A stretch of DNA of 64,000 nt from an uncultured bacterium. GTDB taxonomy: Bacteria; Joyebacterota; Joyebacteria; Joyebacterales; Joyebacteraceae. The stretch covers positions 1,030 to 65,029 of the forward strand of contig CAZEXP010000005.1 in the NCBI GenBank assembly GCA_964516845.1. The letters are read 5' to 3'. The notes below the pieces were generated by a model, which was given only the letters and a program-made list of their open reading frames with translations, did not search any database and was not told where the DNA came from. How positions within the stretch are numbered: position 1 is the stretch's first letter; each line of letters starts with the position of its first letter. This document shows, in pieces, positions 1-10,761 of this stretch. The translations under genes and the position numbers were made by a program.

Positions 1-2
1 TC

Positions 3-323
3 TACGCCGATGCAATGGAGCGGCTGGTCTCGCTCGACAGGGTATACGTCCGGTCGTGTGCGACGGGAGAGGTCTGGGAGTCCTCGGGGATGCCTGATGT
101 GGAGGCGATCGACGGGGCGGTCTGCTTTGTATTCGCCCGCGTCACGCTCGATGCGGACGCCTGGGAGCGCAATCTCTCAGAGACGCTGCGCGAGATGCGG
201 CGCAGCTTCCAGTCATCGGGGCGTGAGAACCTGGTCGGTCTCGCTGACTGGACCGATGCCCATCTTGCCGAGCTGCTCGCCGGCGACGACGCCCCCGCTG
301 AAGGGGCAGATGCAAGGAACTGA
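3..323 (+). CDS. C-terminal fragment of an unidentified protein (5' end outside the window)
   Basis: Frame is open from nt 3 (YADAMERLV...). Its TGA (321-323) overlaps the dnaE ATG (TGATG), which suggests translational coupling. Confidence 0.6.
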   Translation, partial: YADAMERLVSLDRVYVRSCATGEVWESSGMPDVEAIDGAVCFVFARVTLDADAWERNLSETLREMRRSFQSSGRENLVGLADWTDAHLAELLAGDDAPAEGADARN

Positions 324-3300
324 TGAAGCACGCTGACTTCGTACACATCCACAACCACACGGAATACAGCCTGCTCGACGGCGCGCTCAAGATCAAGGAG
401 CTCGTCGGCAGGGCGCACGAGCTCCGGATGCCCGCGGTGGCGATCACCGATCACGGGGGGATGTTCGGTGCCATCGAGTTCTATGCCGAGGCCATGAAGA
501 AGGGCGTCAAACCGATCATCGGCATGGAGGCATACGTCGATCGGCGCGGGCACACGCACCGGCCGGAGGGGCGGGTCCGCGAGAAGTACAACCACCTCGT
601 CCTGCTGGCGCGGAACGAGACCGGATATCACAACCTCATGCAACTGTCGACAGCCGGCTATGTCGACGGGTTCTACTACAAGCCCCGTCTCGACCTGGAG
701 CTTCTCCGGGAGCACAGCGACGGCCTGCTGGCGACGACCGCGTGTCTCGCCTCGGCGCCGGCGCAGCGCGTGCTCGCCGGCGACATGGACGGCGCACGTG
801 AGGCCGTCATCGAGCTGCTGGAGGTCTTCGGTAGTGAGTACCTCTACCTCGAGGTCCACCGGCACGGCATGGACGAGGAGGAGCGCGTGATCGCCGGCTT
901 CCGCGAGTTATCGCGGGAACTCGGCGTCCCGCTCGTCGCCGCGAACGACTGTCACTACCTCAATCGCGAGGACGCGGCCGCTCACGACGTGCTGCTCTGC
1001 ATCCAGACCGGGAAGGTCATTGACGAACCGAACCGGATGAGGATGCCGAACGACCAGTTCTACTTCAAGACACCCGACGAGATGCGCGAGCTGTTCGCGG
1101 ACATTCCCGAGGCCTATGCGAACACGGTCGCCGTCGCCGAGAAGTGCAATCTGTCGCTCGACTTCGGCCGCGTCCACATGCCGAGATTCCCCATTCCGGA
1201 GGGTCACACGGACGCTGCGTCATACCTGGCGTCGCTGACGTGGGAGGGGATCAACGAGCGCTACGATGAGATCACGCCCGAGGTCCGTGAGCGCGTCGAC
1301 AAAGAACTCTCGATGATTGATGAGATGGGATTCTCCGGGTACTTCCTGATCGTTCACGACTTCATCCGTGAGGCGCGAGAGCGCGGGATCCCCGTGGGCC
1401 CCGGCCGTGGGTCGGCGGCGGCGAGCATCGTCAGCTACGGGCTGGGTATCACGGAACTCGAGCCCCTGGGGTTCGGGCTCATCTTCGAGCGGTTCCTCAA
1501 TCCGGCGCGCAAGAGCATGCCGGACTTCGACATCGACTTCTGCTACGTACGGCGTGATGAGATCATCGACTACGTCACCGAGAAGTACGGTCGCGACTCG
1601 GTCGCGCAGGTCATCACGTTCGGGACGATGCAGGCCCGGGCGGTGGTCCGTGATGTGGGACGCGTGCTCCAGTTCCCCTACGGAGACATCGATCGCATCG
1701 CCAAGATGATCCCGCGCGAACTCAACATCACGCTCGATGAAGCGCTGGAGCGCGTTCCCGAACTCAAGGCGCTCGCCGCCTCCGATGAGCTCCACTCGAA
1801 ACTCATCAAGTACTCAAAAACGCTCGAGGGTCTGACCCGGCACGCGTCGACGCATGCGGCGGGCGTGATTATCGCACCCGGGAAGATCACGGACTGGGCT
1901 CCGCTGTTCAAGACCAACAAGGACGACATCACGACCCAGTACGCGATGAAGGCGCTCGCGAAGATCGGACTGCTCAAGTTCGATTTCCTCGGTCTTCGCA
2001 CGCTGACGGTCATCCACGACGCGATCGAGATGATCCGGGAGAATCACGGGGTGGAGCTGGTGCCTCAGGATATCCCGCTCGACGACGAGGGGACCTTCGA
2101 ACTCCTCGGGACCGGGCATACGGTCGGCGTCTTCCAGCTTGAGTCGTCGGGGATGCGCGATCTCGTCAGGAAGATCCGGCCCGAGCGACTCGAGGACATC
2201 ATTGCGACGAATGCCCTCTTCCGTCCGGGGCCGCTCCGCTCGGGGATGGTCGACGACTACGTCAAGCGGAAGCACGGCAAACAGAAGGTGCGATACCTGC
2301 ACGACAAACTCAGGCCTGTGCTCGAGGAGACGCACGGCGTCATTGCGTACCAGGAGCAGGTCATGCAGGTCTCGAGCGCCCTCGCCGGGTTCACGATGGC
2401 GCAGGCGGACGTTCTCCTCAATGCGATGAGGAAGAAGGTCGTCGATGTCATGGCGCGGCAGCGTGAGGACTTCGTAGCGGGGGCATCCGGGCGCGGGGTC
2501 GAGAAGCGGACGGCCGAGGCCGTCTTCGACCAGATGGCGAACTTCGCCGAGTACGGGTTCAACAAGCCGCACTCGGCCGCATACGCCGTCCTCGCCGTGC
2601 GGACCGCGTATCTGAAGGCGCACTACCCGGCCGAGTTCATGGCGGCGAACCTCACCAGCGAGATGGACAACACCGACCGCGTCGTCATTCTCATCAATGA
2701 GTGCAAGCGGATGGGGATCACCGTGCTCCCACCGAACGTCAACGAGGGGCATGTCGATTTCCGCGCGACGCCGAGGAATGACATCCAGTTTGGGCTCGGC
2801 GCGATCAAGAACGTCGGTCGCTCGGCCATCCAGTCGATCGTCGACGCGCGGCGCGAGCACGGTGACTTCGACGACGTTTTCGACCTCGCCGCTCGCGTGG
2901 ACCTGCGGCTCGTCAACAAGCGCGTGCTCGAGAGTCTCGCTTTCGCCGGCGCCCTCGACGGCCTCCACGGCCATCGTGCGCAGCTGGCCGCGGCCGCGCC
3001 GGCGGCCGTCGAGCTCGGGCAGAGGATGCAGCGCGAGCGTGACTCGGGGCAGACGTCTCTATTCGGCGGCGGGGGAGACGACGCTGTGGCTCAGCCGCGC
3101 AAGCTCCCGGAGGCGGAGCCGTGGCCGGACAGTGTGGCGCTCGCCAGAGAGAAGGACGTTCTCGGGTTCTACGTGACCGGACACCCGCTTGCGACGTACG
3201 GGCGCGAACTCAATGCGTTCGCCACGGCGTCCATCGACGGCATCGGTGAGATGGAGCACAAGGAGCTGGTCCGGATGGGCGGGATCATCACCGAGATCAA

Positions 3301-3799
3301 GACGACCGAAGACCGCAAGGGCAAGCGGATGGCATTCGTGACGCTCGAGGATTTCACCGGAACGATCGAGGCCGTCGTCTTCTCGACGTGCTACGCGCAG
3401 TACCAGGGGGCGCTGCGGCGGGAGGCGGCCGTCATCGTGGACGGGCACATCTCCATGCGGCGCGAAGAGATGCCCAAGATCATCGTGGATGCGGTCGTCC
3501 CGCTCTCGCAGGCGATGCAGAGGTTCGTCGAGCTCGTCCGGATCGAGCTCTCGACGGCCGGTCTTGACGATGACCTGCTCGAAAGCCTCAAGTCCACGCT
3601 TCTCCGGCATCCCGGACGCTGTCCGGTCGAACTCATGCTCCGCTCGCGCGACGGCGAGGAGCGCACGGTCCGCGTCGGCTCGATCCGCGTCGAGCCCTCG
3701 CCGGTTCTCATCGATGAGTTGGAACCCCTGGTCGGCGAGGCCGCCATCCACCTCGTTGGGGCCGTCCAGCGCGAGAGAGTTCCTGAGCCGGCTTTCTGA
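323..3799 (+). CDS. dnaE: DNA polymerase III alpha subunit
   Basis: PHP domain (HNHTEYSLLDG), GRGSAAAS, FERFLNPARKSMPDFDIDF, YGFNKPHS and a C-terminal OB fold; 1158 aa with no intein. Confidence 0.98.
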   Translation: MKHADFVHIHNHTEYSLLDGALKIKELVGRAHELRMPAVAITDHGGMFGAIEFYAEAMKKGVKPIIGMEAYVDRRGHTHRPEGRVREKYNHLVLLARNETGYHNLMQLSTAGYVDGFYYKPRLDLELLREHSDGLLATTACLASAPAQRVLAGDMDGAREAVIELLEVFGSEYLYLEVHRHGMDEEERVIAGFRELSRELGVPLVAANDCHYLNREDAAAHDVLLCIQTGKVIDEPNRMRMPNDQFYFKTPDEMRELFADIPEAYANTVAVAEKCNLSLDFGRVHMPRFPIPEGHTDAASYLASLTWEGINERYDEITPEVRERVDKELSMIDEMGFSGYFLIVHDFIREARERGIPVGPGRGSAAASIVSYGLGITELEPLGFGLIFERFLNPARKSMPDFDIDFCYVRRDEIIDYVTEKYGRDSVAQVITFGTMQARAVVRDVGRVLQFPYGDIDRIAKMIPRELNITLDEALERVPELKALAASDELHSKLIKYSKTLEGLTRHASTHAAGVIIAPGKITDWAPLFKTNKDDITTQYAMKALAKIGLLKFDFLGLRTLTVIHDAIEMIRENHGVELVPQDIPLDDEGTFELLGTGHTVGVFQLESSGMRDLVRKIRPERLEDIIATNALFRPGPLRSGMVDDYVKRKHGKQKVRYLHDKLRPVLEETHGVIAYQEQVMQVSSALAGFTMAQADVLLNAMRKKVVDVMARQREDFVAGASGRGVEKRTAEAVFDQMANFAEYGFNKPHSAAYAVLAVRTAYLKAHYPAEFMAANLTSEMDNTDRVVILINECKRMGITVLPPNVNEGHVDFRATPRNDIQFGLGAIKNVGRSAIQSIVDARREHGDFDDVFDLAARVDLRLVNKRVLESLAFAGALDGLHGHRAQLAAAAPAAVELGQRMQRERDSGQTSLFGGGGDDAVAQPRKLPEAEPWPDSVALAREKDVLGFYVTGHPLATYGRELNAFATASIDGIGEMEHKELVRMGGIITEIKTTEDRKGKRMAFVTLEDFTGTIEAVVFSTCYAQYQGALRREAAVIVDGHISMRREEMPKIIVDAVVPLSQAMQRFVELVRIELSTAGLDDDLLESLKSTLLRHPGRCPVELMLRSRDGEERTVRVGSIRVEPSPVLIDELEPLVGEAAIHLVGAVQRERVPEPAF

Positions 3800-3828
3800 T
3801 TGACACCCCTCTGGGCCATTGCTATATT
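3800..3828 (+). promoter_or_regulatory. sigma70-type promoter
   Basis: TTGACA (3800-3805), 17-nt spacer, TATATT (3823-3828), with an extended -10 TG at 3820-3821. Confidence 0.8.
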
Positions 3829-3870
3829 CGCCCCAAATGACGATGTTTCGCGCAGTTGGAGGGCCGTTTG

Positions 3871-4614
3871 ATGCTGAGGATCTGGGCTGCCACGGCTCTC
3901 TCAGTCCTATTGTTGGCCGCTCCGTCGACGGGTTGGGCGCAGTCGGACTACCCGGTCCGGCTGGTTGATTTTCCGACCGCCTACGGAATGCCGCGTGGCG
4001 TGTATTCGCTGGGCATTCGGGTCGTGCCCGCGGGCGGCGTCGTCGTCGGGCTGGGAGTGGGCATCAACGATTATCTCCTCGTGGGGATCTCCTACGGCGC
4101 CGGCAATGTTGTGGGGAGCGGCGAACCCGTCTGGGATGACCGCGTCGAGTTCGACGTGAAGCTGCGCTTCGCCGAAGAAGCGACCGCGATCCCGGAGATG
4201 GCCGTAGGCTTCGATTCTCGAGGGTACGGGCGCCAGCTCGAGAACGGGGAGTACGAGAAGTCCTCTCCCGGGTTCTACATCACGGCGGCCAAGACCGCGC
4301 CCTTTTCTGAGTACTACACGCTTCACGCCGGGCTTTCCAGGACGCTCGACCGGGACCGGGCCAAGCCCGACATCATCGTCGGTGCGACCGCCCGGTTGTC
4401 TCAGGAATTCACGACCATTCTCGAATACGCGTGGGGGCTCCAGAGGGATTCAGATGAACCGGAGGGCTCAAGCGGATATCTGAACCTCGGGCTCCGGTGG
4501 GTATTTGCGGATCAGATCGAGATCGATCTCTACTTCCGGAACCTCGTCGGGCCGAGCGGGTCTCCGGAACTGAACAGCAGGGCCATCGGCTTCGTCTTCT
4601 ATGACAGCTTCTAG
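3871..4614 (+). CDS. Outer-membrane beta-barrel protein (YjbH-like)
   Basis: GGAGGG RBS before ATG 3871, a signal peptide ending WA-Q, amphipathic strands and a C-terminal Phe (FYDSF). Confidence 0.6.
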   Translation: MLRIWAATALSVLLLAAPSTGWAQSDYPVRLVDFPTAYGMPRGVYSLGIRVVPAGGVVVGLGVGINDYLLVGISYGAGNVVGSGEPVWDDRVEFDVKLRFAEEATAIPEMAVGFDSRGYGRQLENGEYEKSSPGFYITAAKTAPFSEYYTLHAGLSRTLDRDRAKPDIIVGATARLSQEFTTILEYAWGLQRDSDEPEGSSGYLNLGLRWVFADQIEIDLYFRNLVGPSGSPELNSRAIGFVFYDSF

Positions 4615-4659
4615 CGCGCGCGGCGGGCGAGGCTTCGAGGACGCTTGAGGGGGTGCACC

Positions 4660-5616
4660 ATGGTGGGTTGGCTGGAATTCGAGAAGCCGCTCGTCCAGTT
4701 GGAGCAGAGAATCGATGAGCTGCGCAGTTTCGCCGACAGTCAGAACATCGATGTCGCGCGCGAACTCGGTCGGCTCGAGAGCAAGGCCGAGGGCCTCCGT
4801 CAGGAGATCTACGGCAAGCTCTCGCGGTGGCAGATCACGCAGATCGCCAGACATCCGAAGCGCCCGTATACGCTCGACTACATCAAGCACCTGGGCATCG
4901 ATTTCATGGAGCTTCACGGAGACCGTCGATACGGTGACGACGCGGCGATCGTTGGCGGCGTCGGGTCCTGGGCCGGGCGCAAGGTCGTCGTCATCGGCCA
5001 CCAGAAGGGGCGCGACACCAAGGAGAACATCCAGCGGAACTTCGGCATGGCACAGCCGGAGGGGTATCGCAAGGCGCTTCGACTCATGCACCTCGCCGCG
5101 AGGTTCAACCGTCCGATCATTACGTTCATCGATACGCCCGGCGCGTACCCAGGCATTGGTGCCGAGGAGCGTGGACAGGCGGAAGCGATCGCGCTCAATC
5201 TGCTCGAGATGGCGCGTCTGCCGGTGCCGATCGTTGTCGCCGTCATCGGTGAGGGTGGGAGCGGTGGGGCTCTCGGCATCGCCGTTGGTGACCGCATTCT
5301 TATGATGCAGTACTCGATCTACTCGGTCATCTCCCCGGAAGGCTGCGCCTCGATCCTCTACCGCGACGCGGCCAAGGCTCCGCAGGCAGCGGAGGCGATG
5401 AAGGTCACGGCGCCCGATCTGATGGAACTCGGTGTGATCGACGAGATCGTGACCGAGCCGATCGGCGGAGCGCACCGTGACGCCGCTCGGGCGGCGAAGA
5501 CGCTCGAGGAGGCGATCTCTCGTCACCTCTCGGAGCTCGAGGCGATCCCGGCCTCCGAACTCGTGGAGCGTCGTCTCGAGAAGTTCATGGCGATGGGCAA
5601 GTACCGGGAAATCTAG
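4660..5616 (+). CDS. accA: Acetyl-CoA carboxylase carboxyltransferase alpha subunit
   Basis: [36 protein letters not shown] and [10 protein letters not shown] motifs; ATG 4660 follows GAGGGGG. Confidence 0.97.
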   Translation: MVGWLEFEKPLVQLEQRIDELRSFADSQNIDVARELGRLESKAEGLRQEIYGKLSRWQITQIARHPKRPYTLDYIKHLGIDFMELHGDRRYGDDAAIVGGVGSWAGRKVVVIGHQKGRDTKENIQRNFGMAQPEGYRKALRLMHLAARFNRPIITFIDTPGAYPGIGAEERGQAEAIALNLLEMARLPVPIVVAVIGEGGSGGALGIAVGDRILMMQYSIYSVISPEGCASILYRDAAKAPQAAEAMKVTAPDLMELGVIDEIVTEPIGGAHRDAARAAKTLEEAISRHLSELEAIPASELVERRLEKFMAMGKYREI

Positions 5617-5627
5617 GAGCACCTGAC

Positions 5628-6086
5628 ATGAAGCTGAGTTCGTTCACCGACAAGCGCTACGTCGACCTCGATCTGGAGGCCGGGAGCAAGCAGGAAGTCC
5701 TCGCGTCGATGTCGAGACTCCTCGCCGCGTCGCCGAAGGTCACGAGCGGAGAGACCCTGTTGCGCGACGTGCTCGACCGCGAGGAACTCGTGACGACGGG
5801 CGTCGGATACGGCGTGGCGTTCCCGCACGCCAAGAGCAAGGCCGTGAAGGACGTGACGTTCGCGTTTGCCAGGACCCGCGGCGATGTCGACTTCGGCGCT
5901 CTCGACGGGGCTCCCGTCAGGCTCGTCTTTCTCATCGGCGCGCCGAAGGAACAGGAGCCATCGAGAGTCTATCTGAATCTCATGGCGCGGCTGTCGTTTC
6001 TGATGAAGGACGAGGCGAACCGGACCGCGCTGCTCGAGGCTTCCTCGGTGGCGGACGTGCTGCGGATCTTCGATTCGATCAAGTAG
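5628..6086 (+). CDS. PTS IIA-domain protein (EIIA Ntr/Fru type)
   Basis: REELVTTGVGYGVAFPHAK contains the phospho-His motif; also DFGALDGAPVRLVFLI. Confidence 0.9.
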   Translation: MKLSSFTDKRYVDLDLEAGSKQEVLASMSRLLAASPKVTSGETLLRDVLDREELVTTGVGYGVAFPHAKSKAVKDVTFAFARTRGDVDFGALDGAPVRLVFLIGAPKEQEPSRVYLNLMARLSFLMKDEANRTALLEASSVADVLRIFDSIK

Positions 6087-6115
6087 GGGCGGTTCAGGCG
6101 GAGGGCATCCCCAGA

Positions 6116-6583
6116 GTGAAGGCGCGCAACTACATGACCCGCGACGTTGTGACGGTCGGTCGTTCGACGAACATCGCCGAGATCGCGCGGCTCCTGCGGA
6201 CGCACAACATCACAGGCGTGCCCGTCGTGGACGATGACGGACACCTTCTCGGCGTGGTGACGCATGAGGAACTCATCAACATATTTCTGCCGCACTACCT
6301 GTCGATGTTCGATGATCTGGCGTTCCTCGACGACCTCAGCGCCATCGAGGCGCAGACGATGTCGGAGATCGAGCCGTCGCTCTTTCTCGCCGAGGATATC
6401 ATGCATGTCGATCCGCATACCGTGGGCCCCGACACTTCGATGATGAAGGTGGCAGCCGTTATGTTGAACAACAAGCACGTGCTCCTGCCCGTGGTCGATG
6501 ATGACAACCGTGTTGTGGGCGTCATCAACAGGAGCGCAGTGAGTTCCGCCTTCACGGGCGCCGCATCAGAGGAGGGGCGATGA
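6116..6583 (+). CDS. CBS-domain pair protein
   Basis: Two CBS motifs: ARNYMTRDVVTV...GVPVVDDDGHLLGVVT and LPVVDDDNRVVGVI. Confidence 0.9.
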   Translation: MKARNYMTRDVVTVGRSTNIAEIARLLRTHNITGVPVVDDDGHLLGVVTHEELINIFLPHYLSMFDDLAFLDDLSAIEAQTMSEIEPSLFLAEDIMHVDPHTVGPDTSMMKVAAVMLNNKHVLLPVVDDDNRVVGVINRSAVSSAFTGAASEEGR

Positions 6584-9500
6584 CCGACGCGCTGAGACGT
6601 ATTCTTCTGTCTGCCCGCCGCGTCGTTGCGCCTGCGGCCTTGATCCCGCTGGCGTTCCTTGTCTCCGCGCCCGCGTCTGCTCCCGCATCTGCGGCCGCGT
6701 CAGCGCTCTCGCCTGAACTCCTGTCGTCCGATGAGGGCGGCATCTATCTTCGGCTTGCCGTCGGTGACCCGACCATATCGACATTCATCGTCGATGGTGT
6801 CGAGTACTCGATCGTCACGCTTCCCGGGGCGAGTTCGACAGGCGAGCCCGGGATGCCTGAACTTCCTTGCGTGCGCGCCGTCCTGGGCGTGCCTGAGTGC
6901 GACGCTGTCGATCTCGAGGTCACACCCGGAGTCACGCGCCGGACGGGCGGCATCCGCGTGCTTCCCGCTCCCGGCATCTTCGACGCCGGCGAGGGGGAGC
7001 TCTCCCGCTACCCGCGGGTCGAATCAGACTCGTACGCGTCATCCGGGATCTGGCCCGAGCGGCCCGCGCGTGTGACCGCTCCGCGGTGGCTGGGGCCGCA
7101 GCGCACGGTCACCGTCGAGCTGTACCCGTGCCGCTTCGAGCCTTCGACCGGCGAACTCCTTGTTCACGAGACGCTCGATGTTGTGCTGCGATTCCGTGGG
7201 CTCAGGTCCACGCGTGGCGAGGACGGCTCGCCCGCTCGCCTGCGCCCGAGCCAGAAGCGCCTGCTCGACACAACGCTCCTCAATGCGGAGGGCGCACGAT
7301 CGTGGCTGCGCACCGGGCCGCTGAGCAACCGGCGGCGTCCGGACGACTACTACTCGACGTCGGAGAACTGGATTCGCCTGCGCGTCACCGACCGCGGTTT
7401 CCACCGCGTCGGGTACAGCGACATCGATGGCGTGGGTGTCACCGCTTCGATCATCGACCCGGCGACCTTCCGTGTCTTCACGGGTGGCGGCCTGCTTCTT
7501 CCCGAGGCGTTCGATGCTCCGCGCCCCGACTGGATGCAGGAGTGCACCATCATCGTCGATGATGGCGGCGACGGGAGCTTCGACGCCGGTGACGGCGTCG
7601 TGTTCTACGCTCTCGCGGAGGACGGCTGGGCGGACGAGTACGGCATCGTCGATCCCGACGAGCCTCACACCGAGCATCACTTCGCGAGTGAGAACATCTA
7701 CTGGTTGACCTGGGAGGATGAAGGTACATCGTCCGGATTCTCCTCGGCGCCGCTGAGGATGGCCCAGGACGATCTTCAGAATTCTCCGACGCCCATCTCC
7801 GTGGACGACCACTTCGCGCGCGCCCATTTTGAGCGGAACATCGTGATCAAGGAGGGGCGCGCCGATAACTGGTACTGGCACGACATGGGGCAGAGCGAGG
7901 ACTGGCGGTACTTCCATGAGCAGCTCGAGGGGGTCGTGACGGACTCACTGGGCGCGCTCCGCGCGCACATCGACGGGAACTCATCGACAGGCGGCGTCTA
8001 CCCCGATCATCATGTCCGCTTCCTGCTTAACGACGCGCTTGCCTACGACGCCGAGTGGGACGCGTACCAGCCGCTGTACTTCGAATCGAGCGGCCTGTCG
8101 ATCAACGAGGGCTACAACACGTTCGCGGTCAACATCCCGCACGACGTTCCCGGAGTCGATGACGAGGCGATCCTCATCGACTGGTTCGAGATTCTGTACT
8201 GGCAAACGCTTGCGCCCGCGGACGATCAGATCGTCTTCGGGAGTTCGGGCAGGACGGGCGTGCTGGAGTTCTCGGTCGACGGGTTCTCCACGTCCGACGT
8301 CACGGCCTTCAAGGTCGTTGACCAGTACACGGTTCTGACCGTCCCCGGCGTGTCGTCACGGCAGGGAGGGGACCGTGCGGTCACCGTGACGTTTCAGGAC
8401 GATGTGGCGGACACCGCTTCATACGGGGTCGTCAGCGGAGACGGCTATCTGACGCCGGTCATCGAACTCGACACATTCGTCGACCTGAGGACTCCGACGG
8501 ACGACGACTACATCATCATCGCCCATGACGATCTCTACGATCAGGCGCTGCGGTTGAAGGCGCACCGGGAGAGCAACGCGGGCGGCGGCTTCGACGTGCG
8601 CCTCGTGCGCGTCTCGGATGTGTATGACGAGTTCTCGTGGGGTCTCGTCGACGCGACGGCCATCCGCGACTACCTCAAGTTCACGTGGGAGACCGCGGCG
8701 AATCCGCCGACCCACGTCGTGCTCGTCGGAGACGGTACGGTGGATCCGCGGCAGTACTCGGCATCGAGTCTGAGGACGTACATCCCCGTGCACTATACGC
8801 ACATCGGCGGGAATTCGGCTTCGCCGTCCTACTGGCCGACCGAGTTCTGGTACACGGGATTCGACGCGATCTACGAATACATTCCCGGCATGGCGCTCGG
8901 TCGTCTGACGGCCAACTCCGTCAACGAACTCTCCACGATGCTCGACAAGATCATTGACTATGACACGGACCACGGGGCCGCGCTCTGGCGGAACACCGCG
9001 ATCCTCGCGGGTGACGACGAGTACACCTACGACAACGATACCGAGTACTTCCACGCGGAACAGACCGAGAGGCTCTCGGATGAGATCCTGCCGTTCGCGA
9101 TCGACCGTGAGAAGCTCTTCCTCATGGAGTACGAGAAGGTCGGGCAGTTCAAGCCGGCCGCGCGCGCGGCGTTCCTCGATCTCTGGAACAAGGGTGCCGT
9201 CCTCGTGAACTACACCGGGCATGGCAGCGAGATCGTCATGGCACATGAGTCGCTCTTCTACTTCGATGATGTCACCCTCCTTACGAACAGGCCGGGGCTG
9301 CCGCTGTTCTTCGCCGCGTCGTGCCGACTGAATAAGTTCGATAGAATGACCGTCGATTCACTGGGTGAGGCGCTCGCCAAGTCGGCCAACGGCGGGTCGA
9401 TCGTTTCCATCGGAAGCACGAGGGATTCGGGGGCGTCCCAGAACGCTGCATTCAACAGGGACATCCTCGGCGCCATGTTCGGCAATCAGCAGGCTGATCC

Positions 9501-10650
9501 GGCTGCGGTACTCGATGTCGGGCTGGCCGTTCAGGCGGGCGTTGCGCTGTCCGGCAGCTATTCCGCGTGGCTCAACGACACGAGGTTCATGATCGTCGGG
9601 GATCCGGCGATCGTTCTGGCGACACCCACGGGGAGCGGGAGCCTCTCTTCGGATGAGGTGGACCCGATGATGCGGCGCGACGAGGTCGAACTCGATGGAA
9701 CGTGTTCCGGATCGACCGCGGACCTCGATGGCATAGCCGTCGTACGCGTGAGCGAGTCCGCCGACACCACCGGGTACACGCTGCCGTCCAACGGTCATCA
9801 CGTCGACTACGCGTTGCCCGGGGACACCGTGTTCAATGGTCCCGTGACCGTCTCGAATGGTGCGTTCGACGCTCGGTTCATAGTCTCCTATGCCACGGCC
9901 GAGGGGCCCTACGGCAGGATTCGGGCATACTGCTACGACGATGGCACGGATGGCGCGATCTCAATGGAGAACGTTGCGATCGCGGACAGCGTAGAGACGA
10001 CGGACGCTGTCGGTCCCACGATCACGATCGAGTTCGCGGGCGGCGCCACCTCGGTGCTGCCGGGCGCGGAACTGATGATGGCGATCTCGGACGAGAGCGG
10101 CATCAACACCGTGACCGGCGGCTACGGCGCCCCGATTTCGCTTGTTCTCGACGGAGGCGATTCGACAGATGTTACGGGGGCCTTCGTGTACGATGTGGGA
10201 AGCCACCAGTCGGGCACGGTCGATTTCGATCTGCCGAGCCTGTCGTTCGGGGCGCACACGATCGAACTCGCCGCGAGCGACAACATGGGCAATCGGTCGA
10301 GCGGTCAGCTCTGGTTCGAGATCGTGTCTGCTGCGGACTTCGAGGTCCGGAACGTGGCCAACTACCCGAATCCGTTCCCGGATGGGGGAGAGACCGGGAC
10401 GTGGCTGATGTTCCAGCTTCCGGGACCGGCCGACGTGCGTATCGATATCTTCACGGTCGGCGGTCGGAGGATTCTCACACTGGATGACATTCCGGCGAGC
10501 GCCGGCGCGAATCAGGTCTACTGGGACGGGCGAGACGTCGTGGGTGACGAGCTGGCGAACGGCGTGTACCTTTTCAGGATTCACGCGGTCTCCGAGAGCT
10601 ATCGCGGCGACAAGGCGGAGGCCATAGGGCGGGCTGTCATCATGCGGTAG
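6580..10650 (+). CDS. porU: PorU-like C25 (gingipain-family) sortase with propeptide and a C-terminal Ig-like secretion-signal domain
   Basis: Signal peptide; C25 propeptide (PGMPELP); NYTGHG (His881) and FFAASC (Cys915) dyad; PorU-type D-x-x-GP-x-I region; CTD with NYPNPF...LANGVYLFRI...GRAVIMR. Confidence 0.85.
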   Translation: MTDALRRILLSARRVVAPAALIPLAFLVSAPASAPASAAASALSPELLSSDEGGIYLRLAVGDPTISTFIVDGVEYSIVTLPGASSTGEPGMPELPCVRAVLGVPECDAVDLEVTPGVTRRTGGIRVLPAPGIFDAGEGELSRYPRVESDSYASSGIWPERPARVTAPRWLGPQRTVTVELYPCRFEPSTGELLVHETLDVVLRFRGLRSTRGEDGSPARLRPSQKRLLDTTLLNAEGARSWLRTGPLSNRRRPDDYYSTSENWIRLRVTDRGFHRVGYSDIDGVGVTASIIDPATFRVFTGGGLLLPEAFDAPRPDWMQECTIIVDDGGDGSFDAGDGVVFYALAEDGWADEYGIVDPDEPHTEHHFASENIYWLTWEDEGTSSGFSSAPLRMAQDDLQNSPTPISVDDHFARAHFERNIVIKEGRADNWYWHDMGQSEDWRYFHEQLEGVVTDSLGALRAHIDGNSSTGGVYPDHHVRFLLNDALAYDAEWDAYQPLYFESSGLSINEGYNTFAVNIPHDVPGVDDEAILIDWFEILYWQTLAPADDQIVFGSSGRTGVLEFSVDGFSTSDVTAFKVVDQYTVLTVPGVSSRQGGDRAVTVTFQDDVADTASYGVVSGDGYLTPVIELDTFVDLRTPTDDDYIIIAHDDLYDQALRLKAHRESNAGGGFDVRLVRVSDVYDEFSWGLVDATAIRDYLKFTWETAANPPTHVVLVGDGTVDPRQYSASSLRTYIPVHYTHIGGNSASPSYWPTEFWYTGFDAIYEYIPGMALGRLTANSVNELSTMLDKIIDYDTDHGAALWRNTAILAGDDEYTYDNDTEYFHAEQTERLSDEILPFAIDREKLFLMEYEKVGQFKPAARAAFLDLWNKGAVLVNYTGHGSEIVMAHESLFYFDDVTLLTNRPGLPLFFAASCRLNKFDRMTVDSLGEALAKSANGGSIVSIGSTRDSGASQNAAFNRDILGAMFGNQQADPAAVLDVGLAVQAGVALSGSYSAWLNDTRFMIVGDPAIVLATPTGSGSLSSDEVDPMMRRDEVELDGTCSGSTADLDGIAVVRVSESADTTGYTLPSNGHHVDYALPGDTVFNGPVTVSNGAFDARFIVSYATAEGPYGRIRAYCYDDGTDGAISMENVAIADSVETTDAVGPTITIEFAGGATSVLPGAELMMAISDESGINTVTGGYGAPISLVLDGGDSTDVTGAFVYDVGSHQSGTVDFDLPSLSFGAHTIELAASDNMGNRSSGQLWFEIVSAADFEVRNVANYPNPFPDGGETGTWLMFQLPGPADVRIDIFTVGGRRILTLDDIPASAGANQVYWDGRDVVGDELANGVYLFRIHAVSESYRGDKAEAIGRAVIMR

Positions 10651-10761
10651 CCGGGCGGGCGCGGATCGACCAGGTGCGACCACGGCCGCGCGGATGCGTC
10701 AAAACGAGATAGTATACTCACGGATACCATGCGAGACACCGATTGAAGGGAGAAACCGGGA

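Noticed and set aside
323-3799. Intein or split dnaE
   Set aside because: Normal length with continuous motifs and no splice-junction signatures.
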